A DNA stretch of 64,000 nucleotides, counting the filler, from Basidiobolus ranarum (Eukaryota): assembly GCA_040143965.1 (NCBI GenBank). It is 20 parts of 20 records of this genome, joined end to end, with 100 filler letters (N's around TTAATTAATTAA, not from the genome) between each part and the next. Parts side by side here need not be neighbours in the genome. Positions count along the whole stretch, not along the records: positions 60,998 to 64,000 come from JASJQH010009674.1; 19 more parts are not named here. One strand, 5' to 3'. This document shows, in pieces, positions 63,605 through 64,000 of the stretch. The notes under the pieces are model-generated. The model saw nothing but the letters and a program-made list of their open reading frames with translations, searched no databases and was not told the DNA's origin. A program made the position numbers and the translations under genes. Each line of letters opens with the position of its first letter. Positions within the stretch are counted from its first letter, which is position 1.

Positions 63605-64000
63605 TGTCACAATAAAGAACTGAACAAGGACTGGAAGCAATGACAAGAGGCTAGAAGGTAGGAGAGTACCTGGATGTAGACCACAAGACAAGACAAGACA
63701 GGGAAGATACTTTTGCAAGAATCTTTATTGATAACTGGCATTGATCAGACTGAGATCTGATCAAGAAATACATGGAGCATATATAGATATTGCAAGGCAA
63801 AACATAATATACTGAATAGGGAAAACACAGTGAAAAAATTGAGGGTTGGGATGTTGGGGATTACTAGGACCAATACAAAGAGGGATGATGTAAGGATGAT
63901 GTAAGGGTGTTCAGGTGACCCTCCATGGAAAGTCTTGGTGAAAATACACTACATGTGGGATGACATGATTGGTTAGGTTTCATGGAATGTTCCAAAGAAC
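63605..64000 (-). repeat. Probable further LTR end (…ATTGTGACA on minus)
   Basis: Abrupt break in the transposase at TGTCAC. CpG-free non-coding sequence. Confidence 0.4.

Overview
This is not contiguous DNA. It is 20 small contigs of about 3.1 kb, in descending length order (3122 to 3098 bp), joined by 19 artificial 100-bp N44-TTAATTAATTAA-N44 linkers. The source is a eukaryote, by inference an early-diverging fungus (short GT-AG introns, Mucoromycota/Zoopagomycota-like gene and TE content). Most of the window is nested, CpG-depleted transposon debris: several Ty1/copia families and solo LTRs, Ty3/gypsy remnants, and many pieces of one CCC-terminated CACTA/Tnp2-like DNA transposon with a divergent accessory gene. 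Host genes are USP39/SAD1 (partial), an ankyrin-repeat protein, NADP-isocitrate dehydrogenase (partial), an LRR/F-box-like protein (partial), a CBM5/12 chitin-binding tail, a Cu-transporting P1B ATPase with an internal deletion, a degenerate ABCG transporter and a GDS1-like winged-helix protein. Highlights: (1) a 282-bp solo LTR with 5-bp TSDs carrying a tRNA-like cloverleaf, in two copies; (2) a reconstructable self-nesting DNA transposon with CCCTAAC termini; (3) direct evidence of CpG decay in repeats, including a TSD whose two copies mutated on opposite strands; (4) probable fossil DIRS/Ngaro-like RT sequences. All family assignments are by-eye motif recognition; no searches were run.
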